Shown: positions 1 to 10,034 of the stretch, in pieces
How positions within the stretch are numbered: the stretch's first letter is position 1
Layout: the number at the start of each line of letters is the position of its first letter
Source of the DNA: an uncultured Acidimicrobiia bacterium
GTDB lineage: Bacteria > Actinomycetota > Acidimicrobiia > Spongiisociales > UBA5794
Reading direction: 5' to 3'
Assembly: GCA_963792405.1 (NCBI GenBank)
Contig: CAWBVU010000005.1
Span: 113,472-177,471 of the forward strand
Length of the DNA: 64,000 nucleotides
Position numbers and translations under genes: made by a program
The notes under the pieces: model-generated
What the model saw: the letters and a program-made list of their open reading frames with translations, nothing else
Told to the model about the DNA's origin: nothing
Databases searched by the model: none

Positions 1-264
1 GCGACGCACGACGACTTCGGCTTCGGGGACGTCGCTCGGCGTGTACCGCAGCACGACGAGACCACCTTCCGGCATCGTGGGCATTGGCGCCTGCTCCGCC
101 ACGGTCGGGTGGTCGGGGGCGACGACCGGCGCAGCCTCGACAGGCTCCGTTTCCGCGGGCTCCGTCGAGTGATTGGCCACGGCCACCGCCGCGGTACCCC
201 AGGCCACCGACGCCGCGGACCATGCCGCGATGCCGGCAACCCTCGAGATCGGGAGTCGCGCCAT
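1..264 (-). CDS. hypothetical membrane-anchored protein (partial, 3' end beyond window start)
   Basis: Open frame runs off the window. ATG at 262-264 overlaps the stop of the upstream gene by 1 nt (TGATG). N-terminus MARLPISRVAGIAAWSAASVAWGTAAVAVA looks like a signal anchor. Absent from the ORF track because there is no stop in the window. Confidence 0.35.
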   Translation of the reverse strand, partial: MARLPISRVAGIAAWSAASVAWGTAAVAVANHSTEPAETEPVEAAPVVAPDHPTVAEQAPMPTMPEGGLVVLRYTPSDVPEAEVVVRR

Positions 265-638
265 CAGCCCCCTCCGTCTTCCGTCGTGGGAATCAGGAGC
301 ACCGCACCCTCGTCGATCAGCGTGGCCACGATGTTGGGATCGAGGGTGGCGGCGAGGTCTGACCGGGTGACGAACTCGGTGTATCCGGACGAGGCGAGCA
401 CCCCGGCGAGCGCGGGGTCGAGCTCGCCGAGGTCCGCTCCCTGAAGGGGATCGACGGGGGCTTCCGGTCCGACGACCTCGACGACCGGAGCCGGCGGTGC
501 CGGCTCCGGAAGCGAGAGGCCGATGATCTCATCCGGGACGCTCGACGCCTGCTCCGGGGGTGCAGCGTCGAGGTTCACCATCACCATGACCGCCAGCGCG
601 GTCACGATGAGCCCACCGAGGGCGGAGATCCACCTCAT
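264..638 (-). CDS. hypothetical protein with N-terminal signal anchor
   Basis: 124-aa ORF. N-terminus MRWISALGGLIVTALAVMVMV is a TM or signal segment. Start overlaps the upstream stop (TGATG at 636-640). High GC3. Confidence 0.5.
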   Translation of the reverse strand: MRWISALGGLIVTALAVMVMVNLDAAPPEQASSVPDEIIGLSLPEPAPPAPVVEVVGPEAPVDPLQGADLGELDPALAGVLASSGYTEFVTRSDLAATLDPNIVATLIDEGAVLLIPTTEDGGG

Positions 639-1135
639 CAGTCGTCGTCCTCGTGGTCCTCGTGCTCGTCCTCTTCGTCGTGTTCGTCCTCTTCGTCGTG
701 CTCGTACTCGTCGTCTTCGTACGAGCTCGTCATACGTTCGTCGTACGAGTCGTCCATCGAGGTCGAGGTCGTCGAGTCATCCGTCGTGGCCGTCGAGGCG
801 GGTGCCTTGACCGTCACGACCTGCACGATCGGTTCGGGGGCCGGAGGGCCTGCGATGGGCATGCCGGACTCCTCACAGATCTGGCGCAGGGCGTCGAGGG
901 CCGCTGCTTCGAGGTCGGTGATCGAGCCATCGGCCTCACGCTGGATGAGCTCGTCTGCATCGCTGGTGCATGCCTTTGCCTTGTCGGCCTCGGTCATCTC
1001 CGCATAGGACGCTGCCTCGAAGGCGGGTGCAGCCGTGGTGGTGACCTCGACGGTCGTCGTGGTCTCCTCCACGATCGCCTCCGCAGGAGGCTGACGCATC
1101 GACCCCACGATCGCGACCGCAGCGACGGCGCTCAC
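638..1135 (-). CDS. hypothetical secreted/anchored protein with poly-acidic His/Asp/Glu C-terminal tail
   Basis: 165-aa ORF from GTG 1135. Hydrophobic N-terminus, Thr-rich linker, C-terminal DDEYEHDEEDEHDEEDEHEDHEDDD. The true start may be ATG 1226 in another frame (see frameshift finding). Confidence 0.55.
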   Translation of the reverse strand: MSAVAAVAIVGSMRQPPAEAIVEETTTTVEVTTTAAPAFEAASYAEMTEADKAKACTSDADELIQREADGSITDLEAAALDALRQICEESGMPIAGPPAPEPIVQVVTVKAPASTATTDDSTTSTSMDDSYDERMTSSYEDDEYEHDEEDEHDEEDEHEDHEDDD

Positions 1136-1515
1136 GGGAACGAGCAGACAGCCCTGCGATGATCGATCCCGTCAGACGGGAACCCGTCGTCTTGGTGGTG
1201 GTCCTTCTGGCACCTGGCTCGGCCATGGTCGACTCCTCGTTGGGGACTGGTGCTGCACACTGTGGACCACCCTGCGATAACGCTGCACTAAGTGACCGGA
1301 AACAGAAGTGAAATCGATGCATTTGGGTCGTCCGACCCATGCGCACCCCACAGGCCGTGCCGCCATCGGCCTGCAGATCGAGGGAGACAGGCGCGGTACG
1401 GGACGCACGGACCGTCGGCTCGCTACGCCACGTCGCAGGGAAGGGACCACCGAAGCCGCTGGACGACGACGCGGATCGGGGATACGGTGCGCGGACCACA
1501 CCGAGCAGGAGGCGA

Positions 1516-1941
1516 GTGGGCACTTCGAAACGGTCCGACAACGTCGCTCGCGCCATCGTGGGAGCGACGATCGGCGCGTTCGTCGCCTACGTCGTGGGGA
1601 TCTTCGCCTTCCGGCTCGTGAGCCGACTCGGCGGGGTGGACGGTTGGGAGGACCTCGTCTCGGTCGTGATGAGCATGATGTCGTTCGCCCCCGTCGGGGC
1701 GATCGTCGGCGCCGTCATCGCTGTGCGCCCGGGCGGGGCATCGATCTGGGCGGGGATGGGGCGGCGCCGTCGGTTCATGACCGTGTCCGTGGCCGTCGCC
1801 CTCGTGACGGCTGCCGGTGCCATCGGCACCCTCCGATGGGATCCGATGTCGGGGCTGTTCCTCGCCGTATGGGCCCTACCCGTCGGCGCAGCCATGGGGT
1901 ACCTCATCGGCGGGCGCCCGCGTCCCTCACCGGTCACCTGA
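1516..1941 (+). CDS. hypothetical integral membrane protein (about 4 TM)
   Basis: C-terminal 141 aa of ORF 1339..1941 are strongly hydrophobic (AIVGATIGAFVAYVVGIFAF...). GTG 1516 follows AGGAGG at 1507-1512. The upstream part of the ORF is Arg/Pro-rich and not protein-like. Start uncertain. Confidence 0.5.
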   Translation: MGTSKRSDNVARAIVGATIGAFVAYVVGIFAFRLVSRLGGVDGWEDLVSVVMSMMSFAPVGAIVGAVIAVRPGGASIWAGMGRRRRFMTVSVAVALVTAAGAIGTLRWDPMSGLFLAVWALPVGAAMGYLIGGRPRPSPVT

Positions 1942-1951
1942 CCGGCGCCCA

Positions 1952-3775
1952 TCACTTGACCTTGAGGCGGCGTCGCTCGCTCTCGGTCAGGTGGCGCTTC
2001 CTGACACGAATCGCCTTCGGGGTCACCTCGACCAGTTCGTCATCGCCGATCCACTCGATGGCGTTCTCGAGGTTGAGGTCCTTCGGTGGCTTGAGCTTGA
2101 TGGCCTCATCGGTCGAATGGGTGCGGATATTGGTCAGCTCCTTCGCCTTGGTCGGGTTGACCTGCATCTCCCCCGGCCGCGAAGCCTCACCGATGATCAT
2201 GCCCTCGTAGACGGCGACGCCGGGCCCGACGAAGAGCTCCCCCCGCTTCTGAAGGTTGTCGAGGGCAAAGCCGGTCGCTGTGCCGATCCTGTCGGCGACC
2301 ATCGCACCTCCCGTGCGATGGGGCAGCTCACCCGCCCACGGCATCCATCCCGCATGGTGCTGGTGCACGAGTGCGGTGCCGCGGGTGGCGGTCATGAGCA
2401 GGGACCGGAAGCCGAGCAATCCGCGGGCGGGGGCCTCGACGGTCACGACCGTCCGGCCGGTGTCACCCGGGCGCATGTCCGTGACCCTGCCCTTCCGGGG
2501 CGCGACGGCCTGGGTGACGGTGCCGACGTATTCGTCCGGCACGTCCACGACGGCACGCTCGAGCGGTTCATGGGGCGATCCCTCGATCTCACGGATGATG
2601 ACCTCCGGACGGGAGACCTGGAGCTCGAAGCCCTCCCTCCGCATCGTCTCGATGAGCACGGCGAGCTGAAGCTCTCCCCTCCCCGCCACCTCGATCACCT
2701 CGGGCGATGACGTGACGCCGATGCGGATCGACACGTTGCCGAGCACCTCGCGGTCGAGGCGGTCGCGGATCTGGCGCGAAGTGAGGAACGACCCGTCCTT
2801 GCCTGCGAGGGGCGAGGTGTTGACCCCGAAGGTCATGCGGAGGACGGGCTCGTCGACCTCGAGGCGCGGGAGGGGCTTGGGATTCGTGGGGTCTGCGAGG
2901 GTGTCTCCGATCTCCACTTCCGGGAAGCCGGCGACGACGAACAGGTCGCCTGCCGTCCGCTCGGGCACCTCGGCCCTGCCGAGCCCCTCGAATCCCAGGA
3001 GCTGGGTGAGCCTGCGTTTGAGCGGCGGCTCCTCGTCGTTGGCATGGCACAGTGCCACCTGCTCACCTGCGCGGAGTGTGCCGTTCACGACCCGCCCGAT
3101 GGCGAGCCTGCCGAGGTAGTCGGATGCGTCGAGGTTCGTGACGATGGCCTGGAGCGGCGACGCCGGGTCGCCTGCCGCGCTCGGGATGGTCTCGACGATG
3201 GCGTCGAGCAGTGCGGACAGGTCGGCATCATCAGGGGGGATTCCGAGCCCTTCCAGCGCCCTGCCCTCGCGGGCCACGGTGGAGATGATCGGGAACTCGA
3301 TGTGCTCGTCGGAGGCATCCAGGTCGAAGAAGAGCTCGTAGATCTCGTCGGCGACGGCGTCGATCCGGGCGTCCTTGCGATCGACCTTGTTGATCACCAC
3401 CACGGCGGGGAGGCCGGCGGCGAGCGCCTTCGACAGGACGTAGCGGGTCTGGGGCATCGGGCCCTCTGCGGAGTCGACCAGCAGGAGTACCCCGTCGACC
3501 AGAGCCAGGGCGCGTTCGACCTCGCCTCCGAAGTCCGCGTGGCCGGGCGTGTCGACGAGGTTGATCTTCGTGTCCTTCCACTCCACCGACGCGGCCTTGG
3601 CGAGGATCGTGATCCCGCGCTCGCGTTCCTGGTCGTTGGAGTCCATCACCCGTTCCACGATGGTGTCGTGCGCGGCGAACACACCCGTGGCGCGCAGCAT
3701 CGCATCGACCAGCGTCGTCTTGCCATGGTCGACGTGCGCGATCAACGCAACGTTGCGGAAGGGGGTCCCGGACAT
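1952..3775 (-). CDS. typA: translational GTPase TypA/BipA
   Basis: 607 aa. G1 motif AHVDHGKTTLVD, then DTPGHADFGGEV and NKVDR, with full-length EF-G-like architecture typical of BipA. Confidence 0.95.
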   Translation of the reverse strand: MSGTPFRNVALIAHVDHGKTTLVDAMLRATGVFAAHDTIVERVMDSNDQERERGITILAKAASVEWKDTKINLVDTPGHADFGGEVERALALVDGVLLLVDSAEGPMPQTRYVLSKALAAGLPAVVVINKVDRKDARIDAVADEIYELFFDLDASDEHIEFPIISTVAREGRALEGLGIPPDDADLSALLDAIVETIPSAAGDPASPLQAIVTNLDASDYLGRLAIGRVVNGTLRAGEQVALCHANDEEPPLKRRLTQLLGFEGLGRAEVPERTAGDLFVVAGFPEVEIGDTLADPTNPKPLPRLEVDEPVLRMTFGVNTSPLAGKDGSFLTSRQIRDRLDREVLGNVSIRIGVTSSPEVIEVAGRGELQLAVLIETMRREGFELQVSRPEVIIREIEGSPHEPLERAVVDVPDEYVGTVTQAVAPRKGRVTDMRPGDTGRTVVTVEAPARGLLGFRSLLMTATRGTALVHQHHAGWMPWAGELPHRTGGAMVADRIGTATGFALDNLQKRGELFVGPGVAVYEGMIIGEASRPGEMQVNPTKAKELTNIRTHSTDEAIKLKPPKDLNLENAIEWIGDDELVEVTPKAIRVRKRHLTESERRRLKVK

Positions 3776-3879
3776 CGGACCGGAAGGCTACGCCGCTTCG
3801 GCCGCTCTCGTGCGGGGCGATGCCCGCGAGGCGTCCCCTACGGAGGCGGCGGGCCCCGCCGGTGACTGCCCTGTCGCCC

Positions 3880-5223
3880 CTACGGCCAGATGCCCCGCTG
3901 GTCGGTGGCGAGCCGGCAGCGGCCGACCGCGACCACGTGGGCGGCGGTGCGATAGGTGGGACGGGGGACGTCCTCCGCCTTCGCCTCCATCCACGCCTCC
4001 CGGTAGAGGTCGAGTTGGTCGAGGAGGGCGGCCCTCGTCGTCACCATCGCATCGGTCGCCGCACGCATCTTCGCCTTGAGCTTCTCCTGGATCACGGGTT
4101 CGGTCCAGTGCTCGTTCGCGAGGTTCTGCGCCCACTCGAAGTAGGAGACGACCACACCGCCCGAGGCACTGAGGATGTCGGGGATCACGGGGATGCCGCG
4201 TTCCGCGAGCACGTCGTCGGCCTCCGGCGTCGTCGGACCATTCGCCGCCTCGATGACGACCTTCGCCTTGATGTCAGGGGCGTTGGCGGTCGTGATCTGG
4301 AGCTCCATCGCCGCGGGGATCAGCACGTCGCACGGCACCTCGAGGACCTCCCTGGGGCCCAGTGGTTTGGTGCCCGACAGGTCGATCACCGAACCGGTGG
4401 TGTCCTTGTGGTGCTCGACCTCGGCGATGTCGAGGCCGTCCGGGTCGTAGATCCCGCCTTGCGAGTCGCTCACCGCCACGATCCGTGCGCCGGCGTGGGC
4501 GAAGATGCGCGCCGCGTTGCGTCCCGCGTTGCCGAAGCCCTGAACGGCGACCTGGAGGCCCTTGACCCCGGTGAGGCCCGGGAACGCCCCCATCTCGATC
4601 ATGTGCTCGAGCACGTAGAACAGGCCCTGCGCCGTTGCCGTGTCGCGCCCGAGGGATCCCCCGAGCCCGATGGGCTTGCCCGTCACCACGGGCAGGTTGT
4701 TCTGTCCGGGATGCATCATCGAGTAGGTGTCGTAGATCCATGCCATCGTCTGGGCATCGGTGTACAGATCGGGTGCAGGAATGTCGGTGAAGGGCCCGAT
4801 GTCGTCACCGAGGGCCGAGATGAATCGTCGGGTGAGGCGGCGCTTCTCGTCCTTCGACATCGCCTTCGGATCGCACTTGATGCCGCCCTTGGCACCCCCG
4901 AACGGGATGTCGGTGAGCGCACACTTCCACGTCATCAACGTGGCGAGGGCGATCACCTCGTGTTCGTCGACGTCGGGGTGATAGCGGACACCGCCCTTGC
5001 CCGGCCCTCGGACGTTGTCGTGGAGCACCCGGTACCCCTCGAAGATGTGGACGTAGCCGTCGTCCATCTCGACGGGAAGGCTGAGCCGGATGATGCGCTC
5101 GGGCTCGAACAGCAGCCCCGCGATGCCACGCAGGCCGTTGAGCGGATGGAGGAACGGGACGGCCCTGGCGAACTCCCGTCTGGCCATGTCGGCAAAGTCG
5201 AGACTCTCGGTGGGAACGGACAT
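3880..5223 (-). CDS. gdh: Glu/Leu/Phe/Val dehydrogenase family glutamate dehydrogenase (RocG/GudB-like)
   Basis: 447 aa. Catalytic Lys motif GGAKGGIKCDP, IPAPDLYTD, and Rossmann motif VQGFGNAGRNAA. Confidence 0.9.
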   Translation of the reverse strand: MSVPTESLDFADMARREFARAVPFLHPLNGLRGIAGLLFEPERIIRLSLPVEMDDGYVHIFEGYRVLHDNVRGPGKGGVRYHPDVDEHEVIALATLMTWKCALTDIPFGGAKGGIKCDPKAMSKDEKRRLTRRFISALGDDIGPFTDIPAPDLYTDAQTMAWIYDTYSMMHPGQNNLPVVTGKPIGLGGSLGRDTATAQGLFYVLEHMIEMGAFPGLTGVKGLQVAVQGFGNAGRNAARIFAHAGARIVAVSDSQGGIYDPDGLDIAEVEHHKDTTGSVIDLSGTKPLGPREVLEVPCDVLIPAAMELQITTANAPDIKAKVVIEAANGPTTPEADDVLAERGIPVIPDILSASGGVVVSYFEWAQNLANEHWTEPVIQEKLKAKMRAATDAMVTTRAALLDQLDLYREAWMEAKAEDVPRPTYRTAAHVVAVGRCRLATDQRGIWP

Positions 5224-5357
5224 CGAAATTCCTTACCTCGCGTCTCATCATCCTACGCCCGGCGGCCCTCGGCGAGAAGCCTCGCCGTCAATCGTGCGGA
5301 GCAGCGATCCGGGGGATGACCTCAGCGATGCAGGGACTCCGTGCAGGGGTGCTGGGC

Positions 5358-5759
5358 TCAGCCCTCGAGGGCAGACGGGTCGTCCGGTACGTCGACGGCG
5401 TAGCTGCGGAGCGTGTCGAGGGGGACGATCGAGAGGACGGCCTCATTCGTCGCAGCGAGCACGACCGGCGCTGCGGCCCCATCGAGGTGTGCGCGCAGCC
5501 AGTTCGGTGCGGTGACGCACCAGCGGTCCCCGACCGTGAGCCCCGGGAAGCGGTACTGCGGCATCGGGGTGACGAGATCGTTGCCGATGGCACGCTGGTG
5601 CTCGAGGAACTCGGCCGTCATCACCGCGCAGATGGTGTGGCTGCCCTGATCCCTCTCCTGGGTGCGACAGGAGCCGTCGCGGAACCATCCGGTGACCGGA
5701 TCGGTGCTGCACTCCTCCAGCTCACCACCAAGCACGTTGCGATCGCCCATACCCGCCAT
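5358..5759 (-). CDS. DUF2237 family protein
   Basis: Last 133 aa of ORF 5358..6167, starting MAGMGDRNVLGGELEECSTDPVTGWFRDGSCRT...HTICAVMTAEFL, match my memory of the DUF2237 pattern. The upstream part of the ORF is antisense to recQ. Confidence 0.7.
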   Translation of the reverse strand: MAGMGDRNVLGGELEECSTDPVTGWFRDGSCRTQERDQGSHTICAVMTAEFLEHQRAIGNDLVTPMPQYRFPGLTVGDRWCVTAPNWLRAHLDGAAAPVVLAATNEAVLSIVPLDTLRSYAVDVPDDPSALEG

Positions 5760-5781
5760 CGTACGCCGTGATCCCGGACCT

Positions 5782-5834
5782 CCGTACCCAGGGTTGCTGT
5801 CCACCCTTTCGGTGGACAGCAACCCTGGGTACGG
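5782..5834 (-). terminator. 24-bp perfect stem / 5-nt loop hairpin downstream of recQ
   Basis: CCGTACCCAGGGTTGCTGTCCACC-CTTTC-GGTGGACAGCAACCCTGGGTACGG lies 12 nt after the recQ stop and 23 nt before the DUF2237 start. No U-tract. Confidence 0.55.
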
Positions 5835-5845
5835 GAGAAGAGGGG

Positions 5846-7441
5846 TCAGGTCCGGTCGGACAGCAGGGCGAGGAAGTCCGGACCGTAGGTCGTCAGCTTG
5901 GCGGCGCCGACTCCGGAGATGGCGAGGAACTCGGCCTCGGTCGTCGGCCTGCGCGCCGCCATCTCCCTCAACGTGGCGTCGTTGAACACGACGTAGGCAG
6001 GGACCCCACGGTCGTCCGCAAGCCGCTTTCGGAGTGCCCTGAGGGCCTCGAACAGGTCGGGATCGTGGTCGGGGGCCACCGAGGCGATCGGTGCGACGAT
6101 CCTCGGGGCGGGCGCGGATGCCAATCCGGTGTCGAGGTCGGTGCATCGGTCGCACGACGTCTCGCACCGTTCGATCCGCTCACCGAAATACTGGGCGATC
6201 GCCTGGTGCCGACATCGCTCGGTCTCCGCGAAGTCGTACATCCTCCGGATGTGTGTCCGCTGCGACCCCTCCGATCCATCGCCCGACACCATCCGCTCGA
6301 GCTGGACGACGTCCGACCACGAATAGAACAGGTAACAGTCGCTGTCGAGACCGTCCCGGCCTGCGCGGCCGATCTCCTGGTAGTAGCCCTCGGGGGACTT
6401 GGGCATGTCGCGATGGACCACGAACCGCACGTTCGATTTGTCGATGCCCATTCCGAACGCCACCGTCGCGCATACCACCTCGACCTCGTCCCGGATGAAG
6501 TCGTCCTGCACCCTCGTGCGATCGTCACCGTCCATGCCAGCGTGATAGGCCGCCGCACGGATGCCGAGTGAGCGAAGGTAGGTCGCCGTCGACTCGGCGG
6601 ACTTGCGCGACAGCGTGTAGACGATCCCGCTGTCCCCCCTGTGCCGCAGGGCGATCCTCCCGATCATGTCGCGAGCCTTCACCGTCACACCGTCGTGGGT
6701 GCCCTTCTTGAATGCGTGCAGCCGGAGGTTCGGCCGGAAGAACGACGTCTGCACGACCTCCGGATCATCGAGGTCGAGCTGGCCGATGATGTCGTCGCGC
6801 ACCCGGTGCGTGGCCGTCGCGGTGAGGGCGAGGACGGGTACGCCATAGCGTGACTTGAGGTGGACGAGCTGCCGATACGCGGGCCGGAAGTCGTGGCCCC
6901 ACTGGCTGATGCAGTGGGCCTCATCGACGGCGACGAGTCGCACGTCGGCGTCGTCGAGGACGGCGCCGAGGGAGGCGCCGAGGCCCTCCGGCGCCACGTA
7001 CACCAATTCGTAGTCCCCTGCGCGTAGCCGGTCGATCCGTCGGACCCGCTCCTCGTATTCGATGCTGGAGTTGATGAAGGTGGCCTCGATGCCGAGCTCC
7101 GTGGCCGCATCGACCTGGTCCTTCATCAGCGCGATGAGCGGCGAGATCACGAGGGTCGTACCCCCGACGAGCCGTGCGGCGAGCTGATAGGTGAGCGACT
7201 TGCCAGAGCCGGTCGGCATGATGGCGAGGCAGTCCCGGGCAGCGAGGGTGGCACCCACCACCTCCCGCTGGCCGGGTCGGAAGGCCTCGAACCCGAAGGT
7301 CGCACGGAGCGCGCCGAAGAGGGCGTCGTCGTCGACATCGACGGCGTCTCGCAATGGGCGGAAGTGCTCCCGACCCGCCGAGGGCTTCGGGATCATGGTG
7401 CCCTGCTGCGCCGGCGCACCGTCGGCATCGGCGGCGAGCAT
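5846..7441 (-). CDS. recQ: ATP-dependent DNA helicase RecQ (short form with C-terminal HRDC)
   Basis: 531 aa. [15 protein letters not shown] (motif I), [17 protein letters not shown] (DEAH plus RecQ signature), a Zn-binding Cys cluster ([20 protein letters not shown]), and an HRDC-like tail. Confidence 0.92.
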   Translation of the reverse strand: MLAADADGAPAQQGTMIPKPSAGREHFRPLRDAVDVDDDALFGALRATFGFEAFRPGQREVVGATLAARDCLAIMPTGSGKSLTYQLAARLVGGTTLVISPLIALMKDQVDAATELGIEATFINSSIEYEERVRRIDRLRAGDYELVYVAPEGLGASLGAVLDDADVRLVAVDEAHCISQWGHDFRPAYRQLVHLKSRYGVPVLALTATATHRVRDDIIGQLDLDDPEVVQTSFFRPNLRLHAFKKGTHDGVTVKARDMIGRIALRHRGDSGIVYTLSRKSAESTATYLRSLGIRAAAYHAGMDGDDRTRVQDDFIRDEVEVVCATVAFGMGIDKSNVRFVVHRDMPKSPEGYYQEIGRAGRDGLDSDCYLFYSWSDVVQLERMVSGDGSEGSQRTHIRRMYDFAETERCRHQAIAQYFGERIERCETSCDRCTDLDTGLASAPAPRIVAPIASVAPDHDPDLFEALRALRKRLADDRGVPAYVVFNDATLREMAARRPTTEAEFLAISGVGAAKLTTYGPDFLALLSDRT

Positions 7442-7565
7442 CTCCCAGTAGCCGTCGTCGACGTCGGCGGGCGGCGGGATGCGTTGGTCCGTCGGGCGTC
7501 ACTCGGCCAGCATACGGGCAGCCACCAGCGCACCGGAGTGCCCGATGGCGCCGTATGGTCCCGAC

Positions 7566-8114
7566 ATGGAGGTCACCGCAGCTCATGACGATGCTCCCTG
7601 GCCGGGCGAGTATCGGTTCTGCCCGATGTGCCGCGCCGACCTCGAGTGGACGCGGATCGGCGACACGCCGCGAATGCGGTGCCCCACCTGCGGCTTCGTG
7701 CACTGGCGCAATCCGGGGGTCGGGGCCGCCGTGGTCGTGTTCGACGACGCAGGCCGCGTCCTGCTCGTCTTGCGTGCGAAGGGTGCGACACGGGCGGGTC
7801 TGTGGTCGATCCCCGCGGGGTTCGTGTCCTACGGCGAGGAGATCCGCGAGGCAGCCGCCAGGGAGCTCCACGAGGAGACGGGCCTGATCGCCGAGGTGGG
7901 CGAGGTGGTCTGGATCGCCTCGAACTTCCACGACCCCTCCAAGCTCACGGTCGGCGTGTGGTTCGCCGGCACCGTCGTCGGCGGCCACCTCGAAGCAGGC
8001 GACGACGCAGAGGAGGCACGGTTCTTCGCTCTCGACGACCTCCCACCGATGGCCTTCACCACCGACGTCGGCTACCTGCGCACCCTCGGCGCTCACGTGG
8101 ACGTCGCCCCCTGA
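7566..8114 (+). CDS. NUDIX hydrolase with N-terminal zinc ribbon
   Basis: CPMC...CPTC zinc ribbon followed by the Nudix box GFVSYGEEIREAAARELHEETGL. Start chosen at ATG 7566; ATG 7545 or 7479 are alternatives. Confidence 0.8.
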   Translation: MEVTAAHDDAPWPGEYRFCPMCRADLEWTRIGDTPRMRCPTCGFVHWRNPGVGAAVVVFDDAGRVLLVLRAKGATRAGLWSIPAGFVSYGEEIREAAARELHEETGLIAEVGEVVWIASNFHDPSKLTVGVWFAGTVVGGHLEAGDDAEEARFFALDDLPPMAFTTDVGYLRTLGAHVDVAP

Positions 8115-8143
8115 TCTGCGCCACCCGCGAGTTCACTGCGTCG

Positions 8144-8623
8144 CTAGGCAGATGCGCGGCGAGGGAGGAGGGCGGCGATGCGGGTGACCGCCTCCTCGGC
8201 TGCGGCGCGGGTCGAGGGGGTGAGGTCGAGGCCCATGCCGAGGTCCGACGCCGGGATCGACACGACGTAGGCACGTGCAGGCCGTTGCCCGACCGAGGCG
8301 GCCATCGACAGGAGCGTCGCAGGGTCACCGTGATGGCTCATCACCCCGGCTCCCACCGAGGATTCGTCGACCTCCCCGACGGTCAGTACCGCCGTGTCGA
8401 CGGACGCATCCACGAACACCACCACGTCGCGGCCTGCGACCAGGAGTGCGAGCTCGGGGGTGAGCTGGGACACCGAGCGGACCTCCACGCCCTCGATGCC
8501 CATTTCGTCGATCCGGTCGGCCACCCATCGGCCCGCCCCGTCGTCGGTGCGCAGGTCGTTGCCGTAGCCGATGACCAGGGCGTCAGCCACGGATCCGTTC
8601 GCACACCGTGGAACCCGCCGCAT
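8144..8623 (-). CDS. hoxW: hydrogenase maturation endopeptidase (HoxW-type)
   Basis: LVIGYGNDLRTDDGAG motif. Sits immediately downstream of hoxH. The ORF start overlaps hoxH by 41 nt. An alternative GTG at 8590 gives an 8-nt overlap (GTGGCTGA). Confidence 0.85.
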   Translation of the reverse strand: MRRVPRCANGSVADALVIGYGNDLRTDDGAGRWVADRIDEMGIEGVEVRSVSQLTPELALLVAGRDVVVFVDASVDTAVLTVGEVDESSVGAGVMSHHGDPATLLSMAASVGQRPARAYVVSIPASDLGMGLDLTPSTRAAAEEAVTRIAALLPRRASA

Positions 8624-10022
8624 CGACCAGCGTCACGACGAGCGGCATCTGGCCGATCGCGTGCGTCGAGCAGCTCAGGCACGGGTCGTAGGCCCGGATG
8701 CCGGCCTCGACCCGGTTGAGGATGCCCTCGGGGATCTCAGGCCCCTCGATCCACTCCGTGGCGATCTGGTGGACGGTGGCGTTCATCGCCAGGTTGTTCT
8801 GACCCGTCGCGATGATCATGTTGACCTTCTCGAGCAAGCCGTGTTCGTCGACGTGGTACTCGTGGAAGAGTGTCCCCCTCGGCGCCTCCGATGCCCCAAC
8901 GGCATGGCGATGGTTGACCCCCGCGGTGGCGCGGACCATGGTGTCGGTCACGTCGTCGTCGTCGAGGAGTTCACGCATCTGCTCGGTCGCGGCGAGGATC
9001 TCGATCAGCCGTGCGTAGTGGTAGAAGAACGACGACGCGGCGACACCCCCTGCGCGCTCCCGGTAGCCCACGAGCGCCGCATCGGCCTCGGGAGCGCCCA
9101 TCGTCTGGCACAGGTTCAGGCGTGCGAGTGGTCCGACCCGATACATGCCCGCGGCGACGTCGTCGTCGGAGTCCACTGCGGGTACGAAGTAGGGGGACTT
9201 GAGGTACGAATCGACGTTGGCGGACTCGCCCACGATGGTTCGGTAGTCGGCGACCGGCACACGATCCGCGACGACGCCGCCCTCCGCATCGATCACCTTC
9301 AGGTGGCCGTCGTAGTGCTCCCACGTGCCTGCATCGTTGGCGAGGCCGAGGAAGTAGCTCGGGAACGATCCGAAGGCGGCGACCTCGCGGGGGAAACGGT
9401 CGAGGATGCCGGTGAACAGGTCGAGGGCGACGAGCGCGGTCTCGTGGGCCTCGGTGAGGTGCTCGAGCAGGTGTCGGCGTGTCTCCTCCGTCATCGGTGC
9501 AGCGACGCCACCGGGCACGATGCCCGGCGAGTGCACCTTGCGTCCCGCGATCGCCTCGATGACGAACTGCCCGAAGCCCCTCAGCCTGATCCCCCGCCTG
9601 GCGAGCTCCGGCTCCGCCTCCATGAGGCCGAAGACGTTGCGCATGGCAGGGTCTGCGTCGAATCCGAGGAGGAGATCGGGCGAGCTCAGGTGGAAGAAGC
9701 TGAGGGCGTGGGACTGGATGATCTGCCCCAGGTTGGCGATCCGTCGCAGGCGGATCGCGTGCTGCGGGATTCGCACTCCCATGATGGCGTCACCCGTCTT
9801 CGCAGAGGCCAGCAGGTGGCTCACCGGGCAGATGCCGCAGGTGCGCGCCGACAGCGACGGCATCTCCCACACGGGCCTCCCGACACAGAACTCCTCGAAT
9901 CCCCTGAACTCGGTGACATGGAATCGGGTCGACGCGACACGTCCGTCCTCGTCGAGGGCGATCGTGATCTTTGCATGCCCCTCGATCCTCGAGACCGGGT
10001 CGATCACCACGAGATCATGCAC
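8583..10022 (-). CDS. hoxH: [NiFe] hydrogenase large subunit, NAD-reducing bidirectional type
   Basis: 479 aa. N-terminal RIEGH and RTCGICPVSH, C-terminal DPCLSCSTH followed by a 25-aa extension that would be removed by HoxW. GTG start preceded by GAGGGGGG. Confidence 0.95.
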   Translation of the reverse strand: MHDLVVIDPVSRIEGHAKITIALDEDGRVASTRFHVTEFRGFEEFCVGRPVWEMPSLSARTCGICPVSHLLASAKTGDAIMGVRIPQHAIRLRRIANLGQIIQSHALSFFHLSSPDLLLGFDADPAMRNVFGLMEAEPELARRGIRLRGFGQFVIEAIAGRKVHSPGIVPGGVAAPMTEETRRHLLEHLTEAHETALVALDLFTGILDRFPREVAAFGSFPSYFLGLANDAGTWEHYDGHLKVIDAEGGVVADRVPVADYRTIVGESANVDSYLKSPYFVPAVDSDDDVAAGMYRVGPLARLNLCQTMGAPEADAALVGYRERAGGVAASSFFYHYARLIEILAATEQMRELLDDDDVTDTMVRATAGVNHRHAVGASEAPRGTLFHEYHVDEHGLLEKVNMIIATGQNNLAMNATVHQIATEWIEGPEIPEGILNRVEAGIRAYDPCLSCSTHAIGQMPLVVTLVDAAGSTVCERIRG

Positions 10023-10034
10023 GTGCCGCCCCCC

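Noticed and set aside
1286-1292. CACTAAG heptamer matching a half-site of the hox palindrome in the 1227-1515 divergent intergenic region
   Set aside because: It is a single half-site with no inverted partner. By a rough base-composition estimate, a few chance occurrences of such a 7-mer are expected in 64 kb on two strands.
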